Positions 55,162 to 64,000 of a stretch of 64,000 nucleotides of DNA are shown in pieces. The notes beneath the pieces are model-generated. The model was not told where the DNA came from, did no database searches, and saw only the letters and a program-made list of their open reading frames with translations. The stretch lies in sequence record OP752703.1; one strand, given 5' to 3'. Each line of letters opens with the position of its first letter. Within the stretch, counting starts at the first letter, position 1. A program made the translations under genes and the position numbers.

Positions 55162-58100
55162 TTAATTAGATGGGAAAATTAGAACATTCCATAGATCGTC
55201 ATTTACAATTACCGGTGTCGCTGATGGCGTTGGCGTCGGTGTAATTGTACTTGACGGTGTAGGAGTCGGTGTAGCAGTTGATGATGGGGTTGGAGCAGCC
55301 GGTGTAGGTGATGGGGTTGGAGACGGCTCTGGTGGAGCAACCTCACAACCCGGTCCTTCGACTAGTCGTAGTTCATCATATGGTACGTTTACACTTTCCT
55401 GCACATTCTCTGAAATCTGTAGAGCTACCCATGAAGTCTTCAAGAAGTCTCCGTACTCTTTCTTCAAACTGATAGCGTCATGCAATACTGCGAAATATAG
55501 AGCATTTACTTCGGAAACCGAGAAGCCCTGATAGATTGCAGTCATTGCAGCAACGATACCTTGCGGAGTGTTGAAATCGTTGTTGTCTAGGAACTCTGGA
55601 ATACTTACGAATTCAAACTCACGGGTCGGATCAGTTAAGAACTGCATGATAGTTCTCAATGACAATTCCTTGTCCGTGAATACCTGCTGATCCCCTAGAC
55701 CGAACTGCGTATCAGCTTGGAATAGCTGATCGTATAGAATACGGTTTAGTGACGGGATTTGCTTGGTCAATTCAATTTCATTTGCACTATTCAAGCGGTA
55801 GCCGATTAGGGCCTCAACCATCTTGTTCCATAGGTAGCTATCAACCTTCTCGAATTGCTTCTCACGGAATAGTTTCCATTCTTCGTGACGGTTCTTCGGA
55901 GTCATCGTGGCTCTGTCTAGCGTATCGCGTAGGGTGAAGTCACGGGTGAATCGAATTACGTAACGGTTTTCTTCCTTGACTGTACCCTGTAGGCCACGGA
56001 TAATGGCCTGAGTGTAGCGGTACGGTAGGTCGTAACCATATTCATCGAAAATGTTACCGAATAGCAGACCATAACCGAATTCCGGTGTACGGAATCCTGC
56101 ACAAATCATGTACGGAGCGCTCATATCATTTAACATCTTCTGCGAAGTGTAAATGGTAGTGATGTTCGTACCAACTGAAATGTCGTTCTTCTTCTCGGTT
56201 ACCCAATAGTAGTAACGGTTGAAAATTTCACCTGACTTACTATCGAAACGCTTTTCGATTGTGTGAGGGGTGAACCAACGATACTTCTGTAGACGAATTT
56301 CCTCAGCGGTTGGAACCGGTAGAGGTATGATAGCATTTATGTAGTTACCGAAGTACATATCTTCGAAGTAAGCCTTAACAGCACCACCATTTTCAAACGT
56401 CATATTCTCGATGAATACACCATTAATGTATAGATCAACAGTCTTACCCTGCAAGGCAGTAATCGATTCTTCGTATAGACCAGCAATGAACTTAATGTTC
56501 GTTGGTAGAACTTCTACCCAATACGGTGGTGCGTCAACGTCATCAGGGTCTTGGAACTTAATATTCTCATATAGACGTTTATAAACGGTTCCGGTAACCT
56601 TATCGTTATTCGGTAGACGTAGGTTCTGCGCATCCTTAGCCGACTGTTCATCGTATTCTTCTGGTGTTAGGATAGAAGAAGTCCACTGATACAGCTTAAT
56701 ACCAGCCCAAGGCGCTAGCTTACCCCATACGGAAATACGGTTGTTGATGTTACGCATTACGTTCTGATCGTAATATGGTACGTAGTCTTCATTAGAAGAA
56801 TCCATCCATACCTGACCTTCATGGTTGCCCTTCCATAGAGCGGTTCCAGTGTTGGAACCATCTAGAGAAACGTTGTAGATAGCTGGGTCAACTGGACGGT
56901 TCAAGTCTACAACAGCATAAGCTGGGGTGTAGTATTGACCAAACGCTGGATGCCAGATAGGTAGTTCTGTAGTAACAACGCCAGAAACCTTGTCAATTAC
57001 CTTTGCAGGGTTATGAGATTCATAGTCGTATGTTAATACATTTAGAGTTACATTGTAAAGACCGCGAGGATCGGTAATGAATTCAATGATGTACGAGTTA
57101 ATGATCTTATAATCAATATCTCGGATCATTGTTTTCACTACGCCTTCATTTCTATCAAAGTAAGTCAAGATCACATTAGGCATGATCGTTTCACTTAGAT
57201 AAATTAATTTATCAGATACAACCATTACCTTATCTGACACATTAGTGTCAAGACCAATTACCTTAGTATTGAAGAAGAATGACTGGTTTGGAGCCATTGC
57301 CTGCAACTGGTCAGGCTGGTTCCACCAACGCGACATATCGGTTAGCTGGATACTCTTGAACGTCAAGTCCGGTGCAACATTTTCTGGCGCAACAAATTCT
57401 AGGCGTAGTTCATTACGAACTGCGTCGTCTGGAATTAGTTTCATTTCCAAATGGTTACGTTCGTTGTTGTCACCGAATTCAGCAACCTTGTAAGCCCAAA
57501 ACTCGTCAACATCCGCAGACTCGAAACGGCTCTGGTTAACGAAAGCATCAACTGAGCGAATCGAACCCTTACTCTGGATCATACCCTGCCAGAACTGGAA
57601 CTGAGTCTTAGCGTTAATCTTTAGGGAATTCATGTAATCCTTCGGACCATCATAACCCATAGATTTTCTTGCAAGTTCAGTAGCCAAGCGTCCTTCTGCT
57701 GCGTTGGTCGCATCATAGAAGTAGCGCATGTCATTTGTTACAGATTCTAGGTTCTGTACTAGGCTGTCCCCTTGGATTACAAAACCGCCCACGTTAGGAC
57801 GTAGGGTGAAATTCTGCTGGCGGTCAAACTCTACGTAGAAACGTGGAGTCGCTAGGCCGAAGAATGAATCATAGATCAATGAGCCGGAAACTGAGTAATC
57901 GTTGAAGTGGATGATATGCTCGTAACCATCGAAGAATAGGTGCATACCGGCCATATGATGGGTCGGTCTACCATTGATTTCTGCAATGTTATTTGAGTCA
58001 CGGATATCACCGGTCAAGCTGATACGGCTTTCCTTATCCTGTCGATACACCAACACATCCGACACAGGAAGCTCTAGGAGCGTGTTGTCGTACAGTCTTG

Positions 58101-61100
58101 ATGCTGAGGTCGGATCAGTGTAGTCTTCGTCTAGAACGTTGCCTAGGACGCCTTGTGCATGCTGTACCCATACGTAGTGCTTGAATGGATTGATTTCATG
58201 TGAAGGGAATTGGGCAATATCCTTATACATTTGAACACGGAAGTTACCAGCGGATGCGCCGATTTCAATTGTGTTACCACGTAGAGCATCAGCCTTCGTA
58301 ACAGCCAACTTGAAGCTGGTGTTATCGTTCGCATTACGTACAACATAATACGGGATGGATGCGGTAAATGGTGTGTCAAATGCTGCTGGAAGCTTATTAT
58401 TACCTTCCTGTAGAATGATAATCGCAGTACCATTCTGCCAATTAGGAATCGTACCGTCAACCATCGTGATACTATTGTCAAATCCTGTAGAGGTTACAGA
58501 GTAAGACTGCATCGCTTCCTGATTGTAGTTACGTAGAGCATATAGCCAGTTTACGAATTTCTCAATTTCCGTATGCCAGTTATTGTTCATACCGGTTACG
58601 CGGTCATAGTTGTCCGCATTCTCGTTCTTGAACTGGAATCCCTGAGCATTAGTGTATGCAGCGTAACCGGTTAGGAAGTCGATCATCAACTGGATACCTG
58701 AAATACTTAGGTTGTTAGCCTTCAAGACATAACGAGTATCAACGTGGTGAGTTCTCCACACGTAGTCGGTCTTCACACCACCAAGGGCAGTGAAAGTCAT
58801 TTCCAAACGGCCAGCATATGCTTCACCAAGAGCAGTACCATTAATCGACATAGCGATACCAATAGCTGCTGCTTCGGCGGTTTCAGCAATCTTGAATGTA
58901 CGGTCGTCAATACGGATTACGAAGTACGGAATTTCATCATCAATACCAGTCGGCAAGTAGCCTGTGGTGTTGAAATAAATCATAGTACCAGTTACCCATT
59001 CTTCCGGTAGCGTAATCGCATTGGCAGGTTCGATAACACCGGTAACGGTGATAGGACCAAGAGTAGGAACGGTAATATCTTCCTTGACGAAAATGAATGT
59101 TTCCATTTCATTTTGGTCGTAGAATAGGCGATCAATAGTGTACGTTCCGTTGAAGATAGCGTCATCGGTAATAATTACCTGAGTCTGCGACTCAAATACA
59201 TTGATGAAGTTACCGGCAATACGGAAACACTTCTTGAAATCATTGTTGATAACGCTTGAAGGAGTCATGCTATCGAAAGTAGCGACAGCCATGAACGCAT
59301 CTGGTTCAGTAATGTCTACTGAGCTATCTGCTGTGGTGTCGTTACTATAGACGGCGATAGTACCATTGTCAATAGCAGCACGTCCGAAATCCTTGATTTC
59401 AAAGTTTAGAGCATATAGGAATTCTTCAACAGTAGCTACACCGTTAATGATAGCAGTTACAGTATCCGTACCATTGAATGTAATTGATACATCGTATTCT
59501 TCGTCAATAACCATGTTAGTTTCACTTGATAGTGAAAGTGGCTGGTTGTAAATTACGTTCACAACTGAGGTTGACGGAGTATAAACTACGCCAGTTAGCG
59601 GGTATGAGAAAGTACGAATCGTGTTATCACCACGGTTCATATTGACAGAATAGTTCTGAACCCCGTAGTATTCCATCTGACGCGCAATCGGAGACACATT
59701 GTTGAAGCTGGCAGTCCAACCGATACCCTGATCGCGTAGTTTAGAATACTGGCTAGGAATGCTCGTCACCACAGCTTCTAGAGACTGTAGCCATTTATCA
59801 GAAATACCCTTGGTCTTCTTGATAGCAATCTCATAATCCTTGTTCGTAATGTCGAAGTAATCGTTATGAATTGAGAAGCTTGAAGTGTCAATGAAAGCAC
59901 CGACCAAGTAGGAAAGGTCAGGAGTCCAATCTCTCCATAGAGAACGGAACTCGGACGCAATACCATCGTAGCCTGCGTAACGGTTGTAGTGAACGTACCA
60001 CTGGTTCAAACCAAACGAACGGTAGATATCATTCTCTGCGTCGATGAAATCGCCGTGGAAGATAATGTCGCGGTGGCTGTAAACCTTTTCAGTTTCAGTT
60101 GAAATCTGTAGGCACGAAACTAGGTGATAGTCAACACCAATTAGAGAGTGCATGAACTTCATCGGGTCTAGCATGTAGGCCACGATTAGCTGGTCATACA
60201 AGTATGCACCAGAGTTCTTCCATTCCCACTCAGTTAGACCGTCCTGTCCGAAAGTGAAATCAGCATTCGGAGTAGTTACGAATTCACTGCTGTTTGGATC
60301 GTACAGACCACGAACGCGAGCGTCAGTGGTGTTTGCACTGTTCCAATATGGAGGCAAAATCGCATCTAGACCGTAACCATCAGAGGTTACAGTGATTGAA
60401 GTGTTTACCGGTAGGTATGCGAAACGCTTAGAAATTGTACCAGCAGTACCAGTCGAGATATCTCCTGACGGAGTTGCACGGCCAGACGGGACAATACCAG
60501 AAAAGATATTGGTCCACATCTGACGGTTCCAGCGACGTGTGTTGCTAGTATCGTTATAAGTTTCAGCCCACCATGTTGGCTCGCTAGTATAACCCTGTAG
60601 AATCCATGGTTCTAGGTGAGGATATGCAGTACCGAAAACATTCTCATATAGAGCCTGCCAAGTACCGGCCACGTCATAGTTTACACCGCCAGTTACAGGA
60701 TCAACCTTGATTGGAGTGTAAGCGTAGTTCCAAGTGAATGGATTGTTCTGACGGAAACGATCAGCATTTGAAAGAGGCTGGTCAATGTGTTCGCTTAAAG
60801 CGTAAGCATTGAACTGAGCTTCCATCAACGATTCGTAGTCCGGGTTTGATTTTAGAGCTTCGAAATTATATTCGTTGGTGCGATCTTCTGCAACGGAAAC
60901 GTCATATAGTCGAGTTTCGATATCTAGAACAGTCTGTGCGAAAATCGCATTGATATCCATACGTTCCCAAGTTAGGTTGGTAGACGCACGGTATAGCGTG
61001 ATTGTATTCGCAGTTCTGTTAATTCTCTGTAGCAATAGACCGTTGTAAATCGGCTTACCTTCGTAAACACTCGGGAACGATTCATTCTCAGAATTTACGA

Positions 61101-64000
61101 TCTGCTTAATTACAGTAGCACCCTTTAGGATGCGATTCATCAATTGCTGGCGAAGAGCCGGAGAGAATGCAACATCAATTTGGCGACCGTCATGGCCCGT
61201 TACGACATAAATGCCACGGGTAGAGTCAGCAACTAGGGTCGGCTTGACTGGCTTAATAACACCGAACTGAGGTAGTGAGGCAATCCAGTTGCGGATACCT
61301 ACATTCTTAGAAGAATCGTATGATGTAGAGTCACCGAACCACTGATCGTACTTACCGTTATTCTCTACCAATCCAACAATATCTGAGATAATAGTTGAAG
61401 TTAGTTCAGTGATGTTATCTACATCATCGTTGTTGAATAGATTTACGGCAGACTGGAAGAATCGATCCTTAACATAACGAATCTGAGATTCATACTGTAG
61501 CTTGGCGAATTCGATTACACGAACCGGATTACCATTGTTAACGAAAATAGAGGACACAAGAGTGTCGAAGCTTTCGTTATGCTCCTTGATTGTACCACCG
61601 ATACCGTAGTTAATTTCATCATCGATGAAGAATAGGTTACCGGTAGTGCTGAACATACCCGGCTGTTCCTGTAGATCAATGATCGACTTGAAGTGACGGT
61701 AAATCTGTGTTAGGTTGAATTCAGTGTAATTCTTATGGTCGATGTTATAGTACCACTGGTTTGGCATTTCCCACTGACCGTCAATCTTTACAGGACGGTA
61801 CATTTCATTGTGAGTTCCGCGCTTCCAAATGGTCTGTAGTTCATCGCCTACATTCTGGAAATCGTAGTAGCAGTATAGACGGCCAGACTCAGCGTCGCTC
61901 AATTCCTGAACGAAACTGTAATCATTACCATCAGTAACAACGCGTTTTAGAAGGATCGGGTTAACAACCGCGTCAGCAGATTCCTTATACTTAAAGATAG
62001 AGGTTGCGAACGGTAGACGGTTTCCGTAAATGTCGCGTAGAGAGAAGAATGGATACTGATTGGTTTCATTCTTAGTCTGTTCGATGCGACGGATGCCTAC
62101 TAGGTTCACTAGATCGCGGCCAGTCGGAGTCACAACCGAAACAGCACCTAGGCCGATTTCAGATTCAGCGTACTCGCCTAGCTCAACGCGGATAACGTCA
62201 TTCGGTTGAACAACGAAATCGTTGACGAAACGAATACCAGCAACGTAGTCTGGTGTCAAGTCTGACTGAATGTCTTCAAAGATACCGTACTTACGCTTAC
62301 CGTTGATGTAAACACGAATGTCGCCTTCCTGATAGTCATCGATTAGAACGATGTTCTGTAGGGAAGGGTCGAATACTAGAACCGCGTCCATTACTGGCTG
62401 CGAAGATTCTAGGCTATATTCCTGAGAAGTCAAGCCTACGATAGTTTCAAAGTCACCCACAACGTAGCTCTGGACATTAATGTCCAGCATTGGGTTCTTC
62501 TTTGGTTCTAAGCTCGATGCACTGATTTCTTTAACACCACCGTACTGCCACTGAGCAGCGCCTAGACCTAGGAAGGTATCACCGGCAGCGGTCTTAGCTG
62601 GCTGAATGGTCGCACCGAACGGTAGGTCAGCAGTCAAAGCTAGAGGGTTAGAGAAGCGTAGAGTTGTGACGAAACGTCCACCGGTTGCTGGCTGTGAGTA
62701 ATCAGTGCTGGCAATGGTGTAGTAACCATCGTTCTGTGCAAATCCTACAAGCTTAATATCTTCACCAGCTTTCAACTCTGAACCGAAGTTACCGTACTTA
62801 CTGTTGAAAGTAATGGTGTACGCGTCAACGATATCAAATTCATCGCCAGTGTAAGAAAAGTCTAGTAGTTCGATCATGCGCGGAGCAATGGTCGAATCAA
62901 CGTAGGCAGTGTTGTCAAGCTTACGGTATCTCCAAATCTTTTCAGAGTATGAAGTGTTTGACATTTCTAGGAACGGGAAGTATTCGATGATCGGAATCTG
63001 AGCGCGAACCATACCGCTGTATTCGGTGATCTGTGAACGATGTACCCAATGGTTGGTATCTGACCAATCATTATCATTTGAGTAATCGGAAACTGAACGA
63101 GATTCAATGGATTTCTCTAGAAGAGAAACGCCCTTATAAACCTGCTTCCACTCTGTACCCGTCCACTGTAGAAGTGAATCTGATAGTGGGTTGTAGGATA
63201 GCTGGAAGTCTTCCGGGTTTGATGGAAGTACAGTGTTGGTAATCAATTCTAGAGAGAACGGACGAACGATACGGTACGATAGGTCTTCACTTGTGAAGAA
63301 CGTTGTGTCCGTAGTCAAGGTCGAGCCATTAACTGCTACGATTCCATAAGAACCTTCATTCTTCTCACCATTACTGATGACGATCTTGTCGCCTACTTTA
63401 ACATTGTACTGTGAGAAGTCAATGCTTGTGTCAGTGAAATTAGAAGAGTTTAGAGTAGTCGATCCACTCGAACCTGATACGATTGCGTAGTAATTATACC
63501 ATAGAACCTGTCCAATGTGACTGTCACTCCATTCTTCGAAGAATAGAGAAGCGTATGGGTCTTCGGATACTTCGTGTTCTGCATTCATCATGTTGATTAG
63601 TGGGAACATCGAAACGTAAGAGTATGCACCAACAACTCCTTCTAGAGTTACTGATGTTACATTGGCTACAGCGTCGAAAGTGCTTGACAATACCTTGACA
63701 ACCTGAGTCACCGGGGTATCAACTGAAACCAAATATCCTTCTACTAGAAGGTTGGTGAAGTCACCACGTAGACGGGTTACACCATCACGAACCGTGATGA
63801 TCGGAATATCAATACTCGCCATATAGACTGAACTTTGGTCAGCCGGAATTGTGAACTCTTCCGATACGAAGATTTCAGTATTTGTAGTTGAAATATTATA
63901 TTGGATGTTGGTGATCGTCAATGGTACATTTGTACCATCTGGCTGGATCAATACAATGTGGCTACCGACCGGGTACTTACTGGCATTATTACCAGCAATA
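55162..64000 (-). CDS. Giant structural protein, probable baseplate wedge/hub; 5' partial; Pro/Thr tail
   Basis: Frame stays open from the TTG at 63951 to the window edge (>2940 codons); structural neighbourhood; ends PEPSPTPSPTPAAPTPSSTATPTPTP.. Confidence 0.7.
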   Translation of the reverse strand, partial: IAGNNASKYPVGSHIVLIQPDGTNVPLTITNIQYNISTTNTEIFVSEEFTIPADQSSVYMASIDIPIITVRDGVTRLRGDFTNLLVEGYLVSVDTPVTQVVKVLSSTFDAVANVTSVTLEGVVGAYSYVSMFPLINMMNAEHEVSEDPYASLFFEEWSDSHIGQVLWYNYYAIVSGSSGSTTLNSSNFTDTSIDFSQYNVKVGDKIVISNGEKNEGSYGIVAVNGSTLTTDTTFFTSEDLSYRIVRPFSLELITNTVLPSNPEDFQLSYNPLSDSLLQWTGTEWKQVYKGVSLLEKSIESRSVSDYSNDNDWSDTNHWVHRSQITEYSGMVRAQIPIIEYFPFLEMSNTSYSEKIWRYRKLDNTAYVDSTIAPRMIELLDFSYTGDEFDIVDAYTITFNSKYGNFGSELKAGEDIKLVGFAQNDGYYTIASTDYSQPATGGRFVTTLRFSNPLALTADLPFGATIQPAKTAAGDTFLGLGAAQWQYGGVKEISASSLEPKKNPMLDINVQSYVVGDFETIVGLTSQEYSLESSQPVMDAVLVFDPSLQNIVLIDDYQEGDIRVYINGKRKYGIFEDIQSDLTPDYVAGIRFVNDFVVQPNDVIRVELGEYAESEIGLGAVSVVTPTGRDLVNLVGIRRIEQTKNETNQYPFFSLRDIYGNRLPFATSIFKYKESADAVVNPILLKRVVTDGNDYSFVQELSDAESGRLYCYYDFQNVGDELQTIWKRGTHNEMYRPVKIDGQWEMPNQWYYNIDHKNYTEFNLTQIYRHFKSIIDLQEQPGMFSTTGNLFFIDDEINYGIGGTIKEHNESFDTLVSSIFVNNGNPVRVIEFAKLQYESQIRYVKDRFFQSAVNLFNNDDVDNITELTSTIISDIVGLVENNGKYDQWFGDSTSYDSSKNVGIRNWIASLPQFGVIKPVKPTLVADSTRGIYVVTGHDGRQIDVAFSPALRQQLMNRILKGATVIKQIVNSENESFPSVYEGKPIYNGLLLQRINRTANTITLYRASTNLTWERMDINAIFAQTVLDIETRLYDVSVAEDRTNEYNFEALKSNPDYESLMEAQFNAYALSEHIDQPLSNADRFRQNNPFTWNYAYTPIKVDPVTGGVNYDVAGTWQALYENVFGTAYPHLEPWILQGYTSEPTWWAETYNDTSNTRRWNRQMWTNIFSGIVPSGRATPSGDISTGTAGTISKRFAYLPVNTSITVTSDGYGLDAILPPYWNSANTTDARVRGLYDPNSSEFVTTPNADFTFGQDGLTEWEWKNSGAYLYDQLIVAYMLDPMKFMHSLIGVDYHLVSCLQISTETEKVYSHRDIIFHGDFIDAENDIYRSFGLNQWYVHYNRYAGYDGIASEFRSLWRDWTPDLSYLVGAFIDTSSFSIHNDYFDITNKDYEIAIKKTKGISDKWLQSLEAVVTSIPSQYSKLRDQGIGWTASFNNVSPIARQMEYYGVQNYSVNMNRGDNTIRTFSYPLTGVVYTPSTSVVNVIYNQPLSLSSETNMVIDEEYDVSITFNGTDTVTAIINGVATVEEFLYALNFEIKDFGRAAIDNGTIAVYSNDTTADSSVDITEPDAFMAVATFDSMTPSSVINNDFKKCFRIAGNFINVFESQTQVIITDDAIFNGTYTIDRLFYDQNEMETFIFVKEDITVPTLGPITVTGVIEPANAITLPEEWVTGTMIYFNTTGYLPTGIDDEIPYFVIRIDDRTFKIAETAEAAAIGIAMSINGTALGEAYAGRLEMTFTALGGVKTDYVWRTHHVDTRYVLKANNLSISGIQLMIDFLTGYAAYTNAQGFQFKNENADNYDRVTGMNNNWHTEIEKFVNWLYALRNYNQEAMQSYSVTSTGFDNSITMVDGTIPNWQNGTAIIILQEGNNKLPAAFDTPFTASIPYYVVRNANDNTSFKLAVTKADALRGNTIEIGASAGNFRVQMYKDIAQFPSHEINPFKHYVWVQHAQGVLGNVLDEDYTDPTSASRLYDNTLLELPVSDVLVYRQDKESRISLTGDIRDSNNIAEINGRPTHHMAGMHLFFDGYEHIIHFNDYSVSGSLIYDSFFGLATPRFYVEFDRQQNFTLRPNVGGFVIQGDSLVQNLESVTNDMRYFYDATNAAEGRLATELARKSMGYDGPKDYMNSLKINAKTQFQFWQGMIQSKGSIRSVDAFVNQSRFESADVDEFWAYKVAEFGDNNERNHLEMKLIPDDAVRNELRLEFVAPENVAPDLTFKSIQLTDMSRWWNQPDQLQAMAPNQSFFFNTKVIGLDTNVSDKVMVVSDKLIYLSETIMPNVILTYFDRNEGVVKTMIRDIDYKIINSYIIEFITDPRGLYNVTLNVLTYDYESHNPAKVIDKVSGVVTTELPIWHPAFGQYYTPAYAVVDLNRPVDPAIYNVSLDGSNTGTALWKGNHEGQVWMDSSNEDYVPYYDQNVMRNINNRISVWGKLAPWAGIKLYQWTSSILTPEEYDEQSAKDAQNLRLPNNDKVTGTVYKRLYENIKFQDPDDVDAPPYWVEVLPTNIKFIAGLYEESITALQGKTVDLYINGVFIENMTFENGGAVKAYFEDMYFGNYINAIIPLPVPTAEEIRLQKYRWFTPHTIEKRFDSKSGEIFNRYYYWVTEKKNDISVGTNITTIYTSQKMLNDMSAPYMICAGFRTPEFGYGLLFGNIFDEYGYDLPYRYTQAIIRGLQGTVKEENRYVIRFTRDFTLRDTLDRATMTPKNRHEEWKLFREKQFEKVDSYLWNKMVEALIGYRLNSANEIELTKQIPSLNRILYDQLFQADTQFGLGDQQVFTDKELSLRTIMQFLTDPTREFEFVSIPEFLDNNDFNTPQGIVAAMTAIYQGFSVSEVNALYFAVLHDAISLKKEYGDFLKTSWVALQISENVQESVNVPYDELRLVEGPGCEVAPPEPSPTPSPTPAAPTPSSTATPTPTPSSTITPTPTPSATPVIVNDDLWNVLIFPSN

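Noticed and set aside
12756-63242. Numerous 60-130 aa ORFs nested in or antisense to long genes (e.g. 12756..13154, 34288..34587, 44481..44843, 54668..55066)
   Set aside because: They overlap well-supported genes, have shadow-like composition and lack translation signals
1-64000. Genome-wide TAG reassignment (genetic code 15)
   Set aside because: Long genes, including the >2900-codon ORF, are intact under code 11 and coding density is high; only one in-frame TAG was found
1-64000. tRNA, rRNA or structured ncRNA genes
   Set aside because: Intergenic gaps are short and accounted for by terminators and promoters; no cloverleaf or T-loop pattern recognised by eye, though a covariance-model scan is still advisable

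Overview
The window is a gene-dense segment of a large T4-superfamily-like (jumbo) myophage genome; both ends cut through genes. Evidence: tail sheath, tube and gp15-like completion genes, a gp4-like head-completion nuclease, family B DNA polymerase, a probable clamp, RNase H, a DsbA-like protein, class Ia nrdAB, a giant (>2900 aa) probable baseplate protein, and many T4-late-type (A/C)TAAATA boxes. I found no tRNA, rRNA, CRISPR array, integrase or reverse transcriptase. The main lead is a candidate phage-encoded, mucin-type O-glycosylation system for the virion. Eight glycan-modifying loci are present: a GT60/Skp1-GlcNAc-transferase-like enzyme, a carbamoyltransferase fused to an HtrL-like domain, two further HtrL-family genes, two Maf/DUF115-like genes, a TylF-like+GT fusion and a GT-B+esterase fusion. 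Most sit behind late-promoter boxes, alongside at least five predicted virion proteins with Thr/Pro/Ser-rich linkers, one about 250 aa long. Other leads: a minimal ValRS lacking its editing domain; an HD+PTH2 fusion gene with an in-frame amber at codon 3 (no called gene here ends in TAG); late boxes exactly 5 nt before ATG (predicted leaderless mRNAs); and a tandem family of modular beta-propeller proteins with shared N- and C-terminal signatures. All family assignments come from motif recognition by eye, not database searches.
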